Source of the DNA: Haplodiscus bocki
Lineage: Eukaryota
Assembly: GCA_965655095.1 (NCBI GenBank)
Contig: OZ296649.1
Span: 11,780,001 to 11,844,000, forward strand
Length of the DNA stretch: 64,000 nt
Direction: 5' to 3'
Positions 37,720-48,300 of the stretch are shown piece after piece. Below the pieces are notes generated by a model. That model made no database searches. It saw only the letters and a list, made by a program, of their open reading frames with translations, and had not been told where the DNA came from. The first letter of the stretch is position 1. Each line of letters begins with the position of its first letter. Position numbers and translations under genes: made by a program.

Positions 37720-40342
37720 TGTCGCCCGTAGTAGGGGGTATTGCAAATCTATTAGTTACTTAGTTGTGCTGGCGGTTGACTAAGTCAGCACTGCTGTGTT
37801 GTAGCGACGGCAATTCTTTATATTTCTCAATAGTGTGCCTTGCTTATCCGTGCGAACAAACGGATTGCGTGAATTCAAGCAAGGACTTGTGAGCTATAGC
37901 GGAGGATAATACAACGGAAAGTTAAATTATCAGTATTTCAATATTTTGAATTGCTGAAAGGAATATGACTGCACGTACGTAAGGGGGAATTACTCAGCTC
38001 TGGAGGAGTGAACGTATAAATAACATCACACTAATTCAGACTAGTTTAATTCAGTCTGATTTGAAATGATAAAAATAAATATAAAAGTTGAATTGGTTTA
38101 ATTAAATCAAATTAAGATTTTATAAAACCACAATGAGACGATCGGACTCTCTCAACTTCGTCGAAATGAATTTTGAACTGAATTTTCAAAATTAGAAAAT
38201 CGGATTCTTTCAATTCAGTCCAAATGAAGTATAAGTTATAAAGTAATAAAAATAGGCTGATACAGGATAGCTGCTGTCGGAACTGGAACATCCGTAAATA
38301 GAGCAACAACATACACCAATTTACTTTTTGACTAGTGCGGTGATTACCTTTCCGTCTTATCGAGTCAGGTTATTTTAGCCAGTTTGTTTTACGTTTAGCT
38401 AAACCACGTTATGCTCTAGTTTTCCAGGCCAACGGGTTCACCTCCTGGTCCCTGTTTTAGTCCTCGCTGCACAGGCCAGTCTTTGAGGGAAGGGAGTGCA
38501 ATTTACATGCATTTTACATTACTCTTAGTATAAAAAATCACCTCCGTGCGGTATAAAACCAGCTTGTAGGGTTTAATCTTAAGACTGGTATTTAGTCACC
38601 TGCTGATTAACAGTCCGGACCCACGGGACACCAGCAATTAAATTTTACTCTTTTAACTGCGACCAGGACATTAGTCAAGGACTGTCAACTAGTCGTGATT
38701 ATTATATGTGTTTTACTTTTACCAATCAATTCTAAGTCTTAGTAAAAAAAAGGAAAAATTCAAAAAAAAGGAATTTTAGAAAAGTAGGAAAAGTAACAAA
38801 AAGGTCCGCGGTGCGGTGATTAAACCCTGCTACCGGGCAGCTAATCCTACGTCAAATCTTGAGGAGATGTCCTCTATTAGCAACCGTAACTATAACTAAC
38901 AGAGGCTGGCGTGAATCGCGTAGGTGCTGCTTGTAGGATGATTACTGGCGGTTGCGTGAGTGCTGGTTGATGGATGAATGCTGGTTGCTGTTGCTGCTGT
39001 TGATAGCTGCTGCTGGTTGCGGCTGGGATACTGCTTGTTGGATGATTGCTGCCGCTGGTATACTGCTTGCTGGCGAAAAAGTCTTTGAATATTTTCAGGA
39101 TATTGATGATTTGCGGCTAAGACAATTCTGCAGTCGAAACAGTCTTTGAACATTTTCGGGATATTGATGATTTGCGGTTAAGACAAATCTGCAGGCGAAA
39201 AAGTCTTTGAATTTTTCCGAGATATTGATGATGTGCGGCTAAGACAACTCTGCAGGCGAAAAAGTCTTTGAATATTTTCGCTGAAGTGATGAGGAAAATA
39301 AATCAATGAGGAATTTATTTTAAATTCTTGATGAGATTGGAGTGGAAAAGAGGTTCGCCTCGGGTAAGTAGGCTAGCAGGTGGTAGGAAGCGGTTCTGAG
39401 AAATAGAGTGTACGGGGTATTCATACCCTGTTATGGCGCAATCGAATAATTAACCAATAGGAGAGCGCTGCAGATAGCAATGTTAACGAAGATCATTTAG
39501 TCGGTAGGAATAGTTTGTATTTTGCAAAAAGGGACGGTTTCTGCATATTTAATCCGTGTATTGGAAATTAGAATGAAGTCTAATTGCCACGGACGCAGAC
39601 GAGGTGAGATATGATCTATGTAACGTCAACTCTCTTTCATAGGAACCTCGTGGGGTCGTGCAGTTTAAGATTTATTCATGCTTCAGAACCGGAGCTCGTC
39701 AGCGGAATTCGCACACGCTAATACCGAAGCTAGCGTTAGTGGACACTGTGTTTAGACTCCAGCGGCAAAAGTATAGAATGAAGATGCGAGAAGGAATAAT
39801 TTTCTAACCCAGAATATTTTTATCCGAAGGAAGAGGAAAGAGAATTTAGATTAATTTTATCCAAGCAAAAGGGAAGAGGAACGTAAGGTAAAAAGGAAAG
39901 GAAAGAAAGTAAAGGGGAAGAGGAGAGTAAAATAAGGTAAAAGGGAAAGGAGTAAGGCGTTCCGTTCCGTCCGGTGAGCGAGTTAGTGAATAATGATCGA
40001 GTTCCTTTCCCGGACCAGCTCCCAAATGAAGCTATGTCGAAATACCACGTGACCAGTCACGTGATCATGCAAGCAGGGTGCATGTCTAAATTTGAATATT
40101 GAGCCAATCGCGTTGAGCCACGTTCCAACGCATTTAGAAACTTTGCTTTTCCTTCCTTTGTGCAATTCCAATCCTTCAGCTTTCTTTTATACCGCGTGTT
40201 ATTTTATCCCGTCCAGCTCCCACGTTAGTCAATAACGTCTGCAGTTCTCTTTGTTAATCATTAATCATTTCCTGTTTAACAGCTTACTGCACGTATTTGA
40301 GAAATAAAACACATTTGTTTAAGCATTAGCTATAACCCGACA
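37720..40342 (-). repeat. 3' LTR (2623 bp)
   Basis: TGTCGCCC...CCCGACA; homologous to 53590-56624. Confidence 0.95.
39069..39280. repeat. 61-bp tandem repeat (~3.5 copies) within the 3' LTR
   Basis: GCAGGCGAAAAAGTCTTTGAATATTTTCGGGATATTGATGATTTGCGGCTAAGACAATTCT, with unit starts at 39130, 39191 and 39252. Confidence 0.9.
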
Positions 40343-40395
40343 ACTCACCGGGGTTAAAAGGATAGAAAAGTGTTTGGGGGGTTCTATAAAAAGCA

Positions 40396-41043
40396 TCATG
40401 GTTGGGATGTGGAAGGTGTGGCGCCTTCAGGGTCACATAGGTCGGTGAACTTTATCTCCAAATATAAAGTATTATTTAAAAGAAAGTTTTCAGTTTTGCA
40501 GAACAACTTGCTGTATGGGAAGAAGTTGAAGTTCGTCAGGGTAGGACATGGTTCTCGGGTAGGCGTTCGAAAGGATATCTTCTCGGAGGGTGCGAAGGTG
40601 ATAGTCCACTTATTCTGGGCGTCAAGTTGATCACAGACTGATAGATGAGTCGCTTTAGGGAACGGCCATGCCAATAAGCCATCGTAATCGCCGGGGAAAA
40701 AGGCGAACATAATTGAGGCGTGATTTCCAGTGGCAGAGTCCAAACGCTAGGGGTAAAACTGAACAAAGAAGTTATAGCCATGAGGGTGTGTGCGGTACAC
40801 AGGTCTATCATAATGAGTACTGGGGTTTGTGGCAGCATCGTCAAGTCGGACAGCAGATTTGGCAGTGTCGAAAACTAATGTCAAGGAAGTTAATTTCCAC
40901 AGGATATTGTCGGAGCCTCCAGACTCCAAGGCTCGGAATCTGTCATACAGAAAGGAAGGTAAATTGGGATCGGTAGATGGATATAATCGTTTCTCGACAC
41001 TTTCTTGCCTTAGTAACTTCTTCCAGTTGTTTGACTCGGGCTT
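40396..41043 (-). pseudogene. TRAF-type MATH domain with short coiled coil, captured by the LTR element
   Basis: EARVKQLEE..RFRALESGGSDNILWKL..PVYRTHPHGYNFFVQFYP*..TGNHASIMFAFFPGDYDGLLAWPF..LSVCDQ..FAP..SFRTP..FLLNNTLYLEI. One frameshift and one stop; preceded by the acceptor TTTTGTTAG. Confidence 0.9.
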
Positions 41044-41105
41044 CTAACAAAATGAAATTATTAAATGAAAAACAGCTAATAAGGATAACGCTCAAATTAT
41101 CCTAA

Positions 41106-43213
41106 TCAAACAGGGGAAAGAGCGATAGTATGATGATGAACAATCGGGTAAATGTGTTCTTCCTTCTTCTTATTTTCATCTACTGGATCTCTAGTCTCGT
41201 CTTCTATTCTTGTGGATATTGGTTCAGATTCCAACGCTTGTAGAAGAGGAGCTTGGGGATTGAATAGTGACGTTAGATTAGACGTCAAAAACAAACTGTA
41301 AGAAGCGCTCAGGGGTGCCTTGCCAAATCCAAGTGATGCGCCAGTAGGACGGTTAGCTTTCATGTGTCGTAAGATCATAACTATGATATCGACGATGAGC
41401 TTGATAAACAGGAAGCAAGAGAAATATATTCCACAAAATTCCAAAACATAGGCAACTAATCCAAACGTGTCCATAAACTGATTTTTGAAATAACTGGGGG
41501 AAATCATGTTGTCCACAGAGAATGCCATTCCTGGGGCATAATAAGAGTATTGTTCTGGTCCATGAATTGCTGTGTTGGGGACAAGGAGTTCTCAAGAGAA
41601 ATTTTATAAAGTTTTCCTTGAAGCAGCGCTGATAAGGATATTGTCCCAGAATCCAGATAACTGTGCTCGTGTGTAGATTCCAGCATCTCCTGCTTCACCA
41701 AAAGCTCTTCTGGATACAGGAGTCACATCCTTTGGTCCGAACACTGCAGGGCGTTTCCTGTGTTCGAGTGGGTGTAATAGTGAACCAAGAGTTCTCATAT
41801 TCCATGTCAAATTGAAAGAGATTCTTAATCCGGTCCGAACAATTTTGAACTTGGGCATGTGGGTAGCTTTGCCTGGTGATTGGGTCAACAAAGAAGCTGG
41901 CATTTTTGTAGAAGATAGGGATTTTGTCATAGCATTGGTTAATCACATGTGGCGGAGAACGCATCAGAGGGCAGTGATATAGCCAAGCGAGGCTGCCATC
42001 GGTACTGAGGAACATAGAGCGATTCCCAGTTACCATATAACCAGTTAGACGTGGGTTTTCCATTGAAAGCATCAAAATAGTCAATATTTCGGTTCTTTCT
42101 TGTTCGCATAGGTTCTTCAAAAGTTGTATCTCGGAGCCTTCAAGCATCTTTGAGCTTTCGAAGAATAGATAATCCAGTTTGGTTCCCTCATGGAGTTTAC
42201 AGTGTACGTTGAGGTATTGAGGCGTTTCTGGGTTAGGTTTATTTGTATGGGGTGACTCAGACTTATGTACGAATAGCCTGCCGTCAGATGAAACTGGAGG
42301 CTGGTAGTATTGTAGATGTTGTGTTCCTCCTGAGAATTCCATTCTTTTCCCAGAAGCTAGATCGAATCCACCAAAGTCGACAACCACGTATAATGAATCG
42401 TAGTTGGTCGGGTATACTTGTACTGGTTTGTTACAGAAGATCTTTGCTTCCGATTTTACTTCGAACAGATACTGGCTGCTGTTGTTTCGTCCACTGACGA
42501 TATAATAAATGTTTTTTACTTATTGATCATGTTAACGTCTTCTTTCCGATGAATAGCTAACACCCAACTGTCAGGGGCGTCCCATGGTAATTGCAATCCG
42601 TCTTCGCTCATAACTTGGCCATCCTTATTACGTATTTCAAGCACGACGTCTCGTACATGGCCTTCAAATGTCTTGCGATTTACCCATCCATATGAGTCGC
42701 ATTGACTTGTATATTTGTCGCTGAGGTCCGCTCCATCGTTATCAAAATCCTTTATTTTACAACCGTTGTTTTGACTCCTTTCTTGAACTCGAGTGTCTCA
42801 TCGTTTAAAGTGATTGAACCTCCTTTCGCTAAGGTTCTGCATTAAGATGCTGTAACGGTTAAGTCTATTGTTATTCCTCCTGTATGATGGGCGTCCATGC
42901 TTGAGTCGACTCCAAAGCCACAGTGACATTGTTCGCGCTGATATTTGACTCTACAGACTGTTGCGTTGATTTCTTGTCGAAAATGTTTTGTGTAGATAGT
43001 AATTTTTGCTCTGCTGACTTCTAGGTTCTCGGGAGCAATGTTGCATTTGGAAACTTGGTTTAAGGCGTAGGGGTTGTTCGCTGTCATCTCTCCACAGTCA
43101 TATTGTGTCACTTTGAGTTGGGAGGCTATGTCGTGCAAATCTGCGTTTTCGAGCTTGCCATTTGTGAAACTGGCTAAAACAATTAGGAACAAGACCTGGT
43201 CTATAACATCCAT
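41106..43213 (-). pseudogene. env: env: class III fusion glycoprotein (herpesvirus gB / chuvirus G-like)
   Basis: Signal peptide MDVIDQVLFLIVLASFTNG; YDC; CRVKYQREQCHCG; LDYLFF..LCEQER..ENPRLTGY..LYHCP..CYDKIPI..FVDPITR..QNC; C-terminal TM VAYVLEFCGIYFSCFLFIKLIVDIIVMIL. Frameshifted. Confidence 0.85.
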
Positions 43214-43339
43214 TGCATTTGCAAATGGGAAGGGTAGAGAGGAATGTTTCATCACAACTACCAAGAGAAAAGAGACAGCCGTAATATATTTTACCGGCTA
43301 CTTCGTAGGCACTAACAAGAAGCGGTAGCACTAAATTTA

Positions 43340-43585
43340 TAGAGTCGCTACACTACTCTAAAAAACGACGCCGAGATTTTTATAAAGGGTGCCGGACTAA
43401 AACCGGTATCACCAAAAAAGTGCGCCGGACTAAAACCGGTATCGTCAAAAAAGTGCCAAAAAAAAATTTATCTTACTTCCACCATAGGTAATAGATGATT
43501 GTAGTTCCCAGTTGGCTCGCACGTTCAACTATCCGGGTTTTGTTTGTTTGTAGTTCCCAGTTGGCCCTTACGTCCAACTATCAGA
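43340..43585 (-). promoter_or_regulatory. Putative internal promoter upstream of env
   Basis: Minus-strand TATAAAAA at 43384-43377, just downstream of two duplicated motifs (GCCGGACTAAAACCGGTATC x2; TTGTAGTTCCCAGTTGGC x2) and ~170 bp upstream of the env ATG. Confidence 0.4.
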
Positions 43586-43674
43586 AATTTGTTTATTGGT
43601 GAAGCAGATTGGTTGATTTGAATGTGTTGCTAAGACTTTGTAGGGGTTGTGAACAACTCATCTACCTTCTTCGT

Positions 43675-44085
43675 CTATTGTCTGAGTTCCAGGTCGTAAA
43701 GATTGCAAAGTTCGTGCAATAGGTTGATCAGTGACACCCCAGTGTAGGTCCCAAGGTTAGCTTTCATATACGCCAGGAGATCTACTAATCTTTGATTTTC
43801 CGTCGTGTCTAAAATCGGAGTGGCCAAGTTCCGACCGGCAATTGTGAGGGTCACAAAGAGGTTGGCGAATTCTGCTGCGCGGGCAGGTATTGGGATAACA
43901 ATTACAGTGGGTAGATTCTCAATCGGGTTGGTTCGGACTTGTAAAGGACTCCCGGCGGGTAGCGAAAAAATATTAGTGATTTTACACTCTCCCAAATTAA
44001 TTGAAGTCCAGTTGCAATTGAAATTAACTCTGTTGAGTGGTGTGTTTGTGTGTGACTGGGAGATTGATATTTCTAATTGATGCAT
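43675..44085 (-). CDS. Accessory ORF of unknown function (136 aa)
   Basis: Intact ATG-to-stop ORF between pol and env, abutting the upstream ORF (TGA-ATG). Confidence 0.6.
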   Translation of the reverse strand: MHQLEISISQSHTNTPLNRVNFNCNWTSINLGECKITNIFSLPAGSPLQVRTNPIENLPTVIVIPIPARAAEFANLFVTLTIAGRNLATPILDTTENQRLVDLLAYMKANLGTYTGVSLINLLHELCNLYDLELRQ

Positions 44086-44307
44086 TCAAATGATGAGTTC
44101 TTCCTTTCCACACTCCAGGTCTCCTGGAATATAAATGTCTGTTGCGAACAGTCGTCTGATGTGTTTGTAGTTGATTGATGTTTGTGGACACTTGTAGACT
44201 TCGAGATTCCCCTCTCCGTCTTCTGTATGGATATAGATCGCTGTTGATGAGGACTTCAGGTCAAACTTTTTGATACACTTCAAATACCCATCAATTTTGA
44301 CATACAT
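44086..44307 (-). CDS. Accessory ORF of unknown function (73 aa, possibly 5'-frameshifted)
   Basis: Protein-like composition; its stop directly precedes the next ATG. Confidence 0.5.
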   Translation of the reverse strand: MYVKIDGYLKCIKKFDLKSSSTAIYIHTEDGEGNLEVYKCPQTSINYKHIRRLFATDIYIPGDLECGKEELII

Positions 44308-44794
44308 CGTTCATAGCAAATCTGAGGATGTACTCTTCAGTTAATTCATTGCTAACGATGTATAATTTAGGTAAGTATTATATATAGTAACTATGTACTA
44401 AATAATGTAGGAATTTAGGAAACTAGGTTTTTCGTACTATCAACTAAAAAATCAAATAAAATGAATAAAATGTGTATAAAAGTTTTGGTGGCATCCTCTT
44501 TTTTTGTTTCGTTCTGCTGTCCTCGTCACTGCAGGGCCTTCCGGGGGTTAGAAGGGTAAGGTAGGCGTTTATAAGTTTAGGGCGAAATTCAAATAAACAA
44601 CTGGGAGAGAATCCTTCAGCACTGTTTTTGGTTCCGGGAGAATAGCCTAGAGCTATCTCTTGTCGGGAGCTCTTCGATTTCTTATCATTGACCTGTCGGC
44701 AAGGGGCAGCATCATTGTGCCGAATAGGATAGAGGCGTCATATTAAAAGCAGGATGGTCGTAGGTTCCAAGGGTTAAGGTAAAATTATTGCAGG

Positions 44795-45347
44795 ATGGAC
44801 AGTGACTCGGACTCCTACTACGAGGAAAATTGTGAAAATGAACAAGAGGTGGCGAGCCCCCTACACAATCGTGCAAGTAAATCTGGAGGACTCTACAGAA
44901 TCCCCACAGCCAGGTCCTCCGTCGCCCTTGCTGCCACCGCAACCAATTCCTGTGGGCGAATTGTCCCCCGTCTGGGAGCTGCCAGACGACGGGACGAATT
45001 TTATAAATTTTTTCACAAGAGCAGATGTGCTCGACCTAAAACAAAGGTCAGAGGCAACGCGACAAAGAAGAAATGAAGAAGGGTATATGGTGGAGGAGCC
45101 AATGCTGTCTCTGAAGTTTGTTTCGTTCCTCATAGAGTATCACGGTACTCAATGGGAACTTAAATTCATGCGGGCAGCGGCAGAGCCGTTGTTCGCCCAG
45201 TTATTGGGGTATGTAGCGGGTTATGCGCGGCTAACCAGCCACAACAAAAAGATCTTCCGCCAGGGATTCGAGACCTGGTCCGTGGAGGTCAAAAGGGAGC
45301 AGCTGAGGTTGTTGGCGGAGTCGGTCGGTTTCCTCGGATTAGAGTAA
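44795..45347 (+). CDS. Antisense accessory ORF (~180 aa)
   Basis: 181-aa open frame opposite to gag/pol/env, with a Pro-rich linker and helical C-terminus; probably starts with the acidic MDSDSDSYYEENCENEQEV via one frameshift. Confidence 0.55.
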
Positions 45348-48300
45348 GCTGCTCGGCTCTGTCGGTCGTCGGGGGCCTTTTAGCCTTCGGCGGTCTTTAT
45401 ATTGTCTTGTGCCATAGTTCACTGTGCAGCTTTCTTCTTTGGAATTGCACAACAAATAAAAATATTTTTGGCTTTACTGCAATATTTTTGTAAAAACTTG
45501 TAGAAAACATCAATCAGAAGTTGAAGTGGCGAGCAGAGGGTAAGTTGAATCGTCCACAGTGGAGGATCTTAGCAATATTGCTCAAGGTAATCGGAAATCA
45601 AGCAAAAGCAATAACTCCGAATAGGAAATAATGGTGCATGTAATATGAAAGTTATAAAATCGTGGCAATGTTATAAAAGGGATCAAAGTTCATAGCCCTG
45701 CCGGGTGATGGTTCTCAATACTGACTGAGAATTGGGTTGGTCTGGCTCTGAGCGGTTATATTTGGGCTCTTTAGAAAGCAATTTAACGCTATTTCCAGCC
45801 ATGCCGGCGGCACTGTTACGAAAAAATTGTTGAATTGGACTGAGAGGTTCCTTGGGCGACGATTGAGCAGCTTGTGCATACTGTGAAGAAGATGAATGGG
45901 TGGCTGATGTTCCAATAAGAATTGCGGGTGATAGCACAGGAGTTCGAGAAGAAGCACGTGGAGAAGTAATTCCTGAATTGTTACTGTGCGTACTAGGTCG
46001 TTTCGGCTTGTTTGTGGACCAAATAGCTCGTAACGGTTCTATTGGGAATGAGAAGGAGTCATGCTCTTGTTATACTTGGGTTTTTCAAATCTCGGGCGCG
46101 TTGTTCCCTAAAGCGTTTGTAGAAATTGTTCTGTTGATCAGGAGGTACATATTCTTCGATCATCGCGGGTAGGGATCCTTCTTTGGGGTAATACTCGACA
46201 AGGTGATTTCGATGAACAGTTTTGATAATCGTGGGGTCTTTATCATCCTGAATTTGATAGGTGGTATTCGTGATAAGCTTGGTGACAGTAAAGGGTCCAA
46301 GTCGTCGCTGTTGAAAATTTTGGCTTCGAGTAAGGTCTTGTTTGTGATTTTCATAGAGAAATTTCTGTCCTACTTCGAGGTGATGTCCCAGCTTGAAACG
46401 ATTGCGATAGGCGTGTGATCGTGCACTTTGTTCACGGCAACGTTCAAAGGTTGATGAATAGATTTGTTTGAAGGTTAGTTCTCTGTCTAAGAGAGCTTGT
46501 GATAATTGCGGCTGAAGTAGCTTGTCTAACAATTCGTTTTTTAAGCTGTTCTCGCTATGAGAAAGAGGGGGGCGGTCCTTACAGAAGTTAGAGCAGCAAA
46601 GCTTGTGCTTATTCCGATAAAGTTCCAATCTGAGGGACATAGGAATTTGGGGTTTAGTCAAGAAGACAATTTCATATGGGGTTCTCCCAGTTGTGTAGTT
46701 GAAACTTGTGTTGTGGGCGAATGCAAACTTGGGTGCTAGCGAAGACCAGTTGTTTCCGGTATCGTTCAGAAAGTTTCGCCAGAATCGAGCAATATGTTGG
46801 TTCTGGGTTTGAATTTTACCATTTGTCCAGGGTGAATGAGCTGTACGAGGTCTTAGGGTAATTCCAAGTTCTTTGGTCCAGTTGACGAACTCTGTATTAA
46901 TAAAGGCAGTGCATCGATCATGGATGATTGATTGCGAGATTCCACAGGAAAGGATCCACTTTTCCACAGTTGTAATAGTTGCTAGTGCTGTTGTATCACG
47001 TACTGGGTAGACCATCAAAAATCGAGAGAAGGCATCAATGATTAAGAGACAATGTACATTGTTGGCACCAATTGGGTGAAGAGGTCCCTTATGATCAATG
47101 TGCACAGTGCGAAAGGGAACTGTTTCGTTTTGCCATTCCTCTAGTGGAACTTCATTCCGATGCTTTGGTTTAGGTTTATTATTCTGGCAAGTAAGGCAAT
47201 CGGCTGTCAAAGCACATATCCAACCAAACATTCCAGGCCAAAAGTAAAATCTCTTGGCATTGGCATAGGTTTGGTTGCTCCCTTGTGTCCACCCATTTCG
47301 TTGTAGTGTCCCACTCGGAAGCATGCAAGGAAGATGCATAAAGGGAGGCAAATACGGAGATTCTCTTCTAGCTTGTCTGACGGTTCATTATAGCAAAGGA
47401 GCTGTCCTTCTTCTTCAATAAGACGTCTATCTAATTCTTGACAGTATCGTAGGAAACCTTTAGACTGTTGGATCTCTGGTGATATAGTATCGGGAGGAGT
47501 GTTTCTACGAATCCATGAACGTATAGAACCAAGGACTGGACCTTCATTTGTCCTGTGAGGATAGTCGATACGTCGAAGTCGACTGTCTTCGCAATCTCAT
47601 CAAGTTTCCGGATTAACGCCTTGGTATCTAGATGAAAAGCATCACAGGTTGTTAGGAATTTCTTGACTAGCGAAGCATCAGTTTTCCCAAGCACCAGGTC
47701 GTGAGCTTCTTTGGCTTGACAGAGTCGGGCTCCGTCAGCTTGAATACTGATATCACAGGCGATATTGTCATCTTTTGAGTCGGTACTAATGTGGTGTGAG
47801 TCATCGCCGGGGCTCGTCGAGTCTGCTGTGTCATCTTGGGACGGCCTAAAGGAGTTGATTGAACTATAGTCGGTATTGGATGCGTTGGGAGAGACGCTTG
47901 ATTGGGTCTCTGGTCCACATATTCGTCTAAATTGGTTGATAAGTCTTCCCATTCGGAAACAGCCTGAAGCCTGTTGGATTGAAGTGATTGGAAATTTGTC
48001 GAGCATACAACTGACGGTAAAGTCCTCGCCATCGTTTTGTAATCTCAGTATTTTTTCTTCGTTGCCGCGTTCGTACTTTATTGGGTAGAAATCGTTGCAG
48101 GTATTATTAGGGTTGTCTTCATGTTGAATTTGGTAAGACACCGGAGTGCCGTGTTAGTCGAAAAACTCAATATCACGCGGAATACGTTTGTGTTGCATTT
48201 GGTGCTTTTGATATTCTTCGATCATGATGTTTCTGCTGACAGTATCTGGAAAGGCTAAGTTCGAGCCTGGCGTCCAAATGATCTTCAAGTTCTGGGATTT

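Noticed and set aside
38896-39153. Gln-rich LTR ORF (also 55066-55374) as a gene
   Set aside because: Derived from 61-bp and CAG repeats; length and frame differ between the two LTRs.
39069-39280. 61-bp repeats (also 55290-55561) as a CRISPR array
   Set aside because: Head-to-tail units with no unique spacers, inside eukaryotic LTRs, and no cas genes.
40190-40205. TATAAAAA near the outer end of the LTR as the main promoter
   Set aside because: Would leave a very short U3; the TATGAATA/Inr site at 39397-39425 coincides with the divergence step. Not excluded as a secondary promoter.
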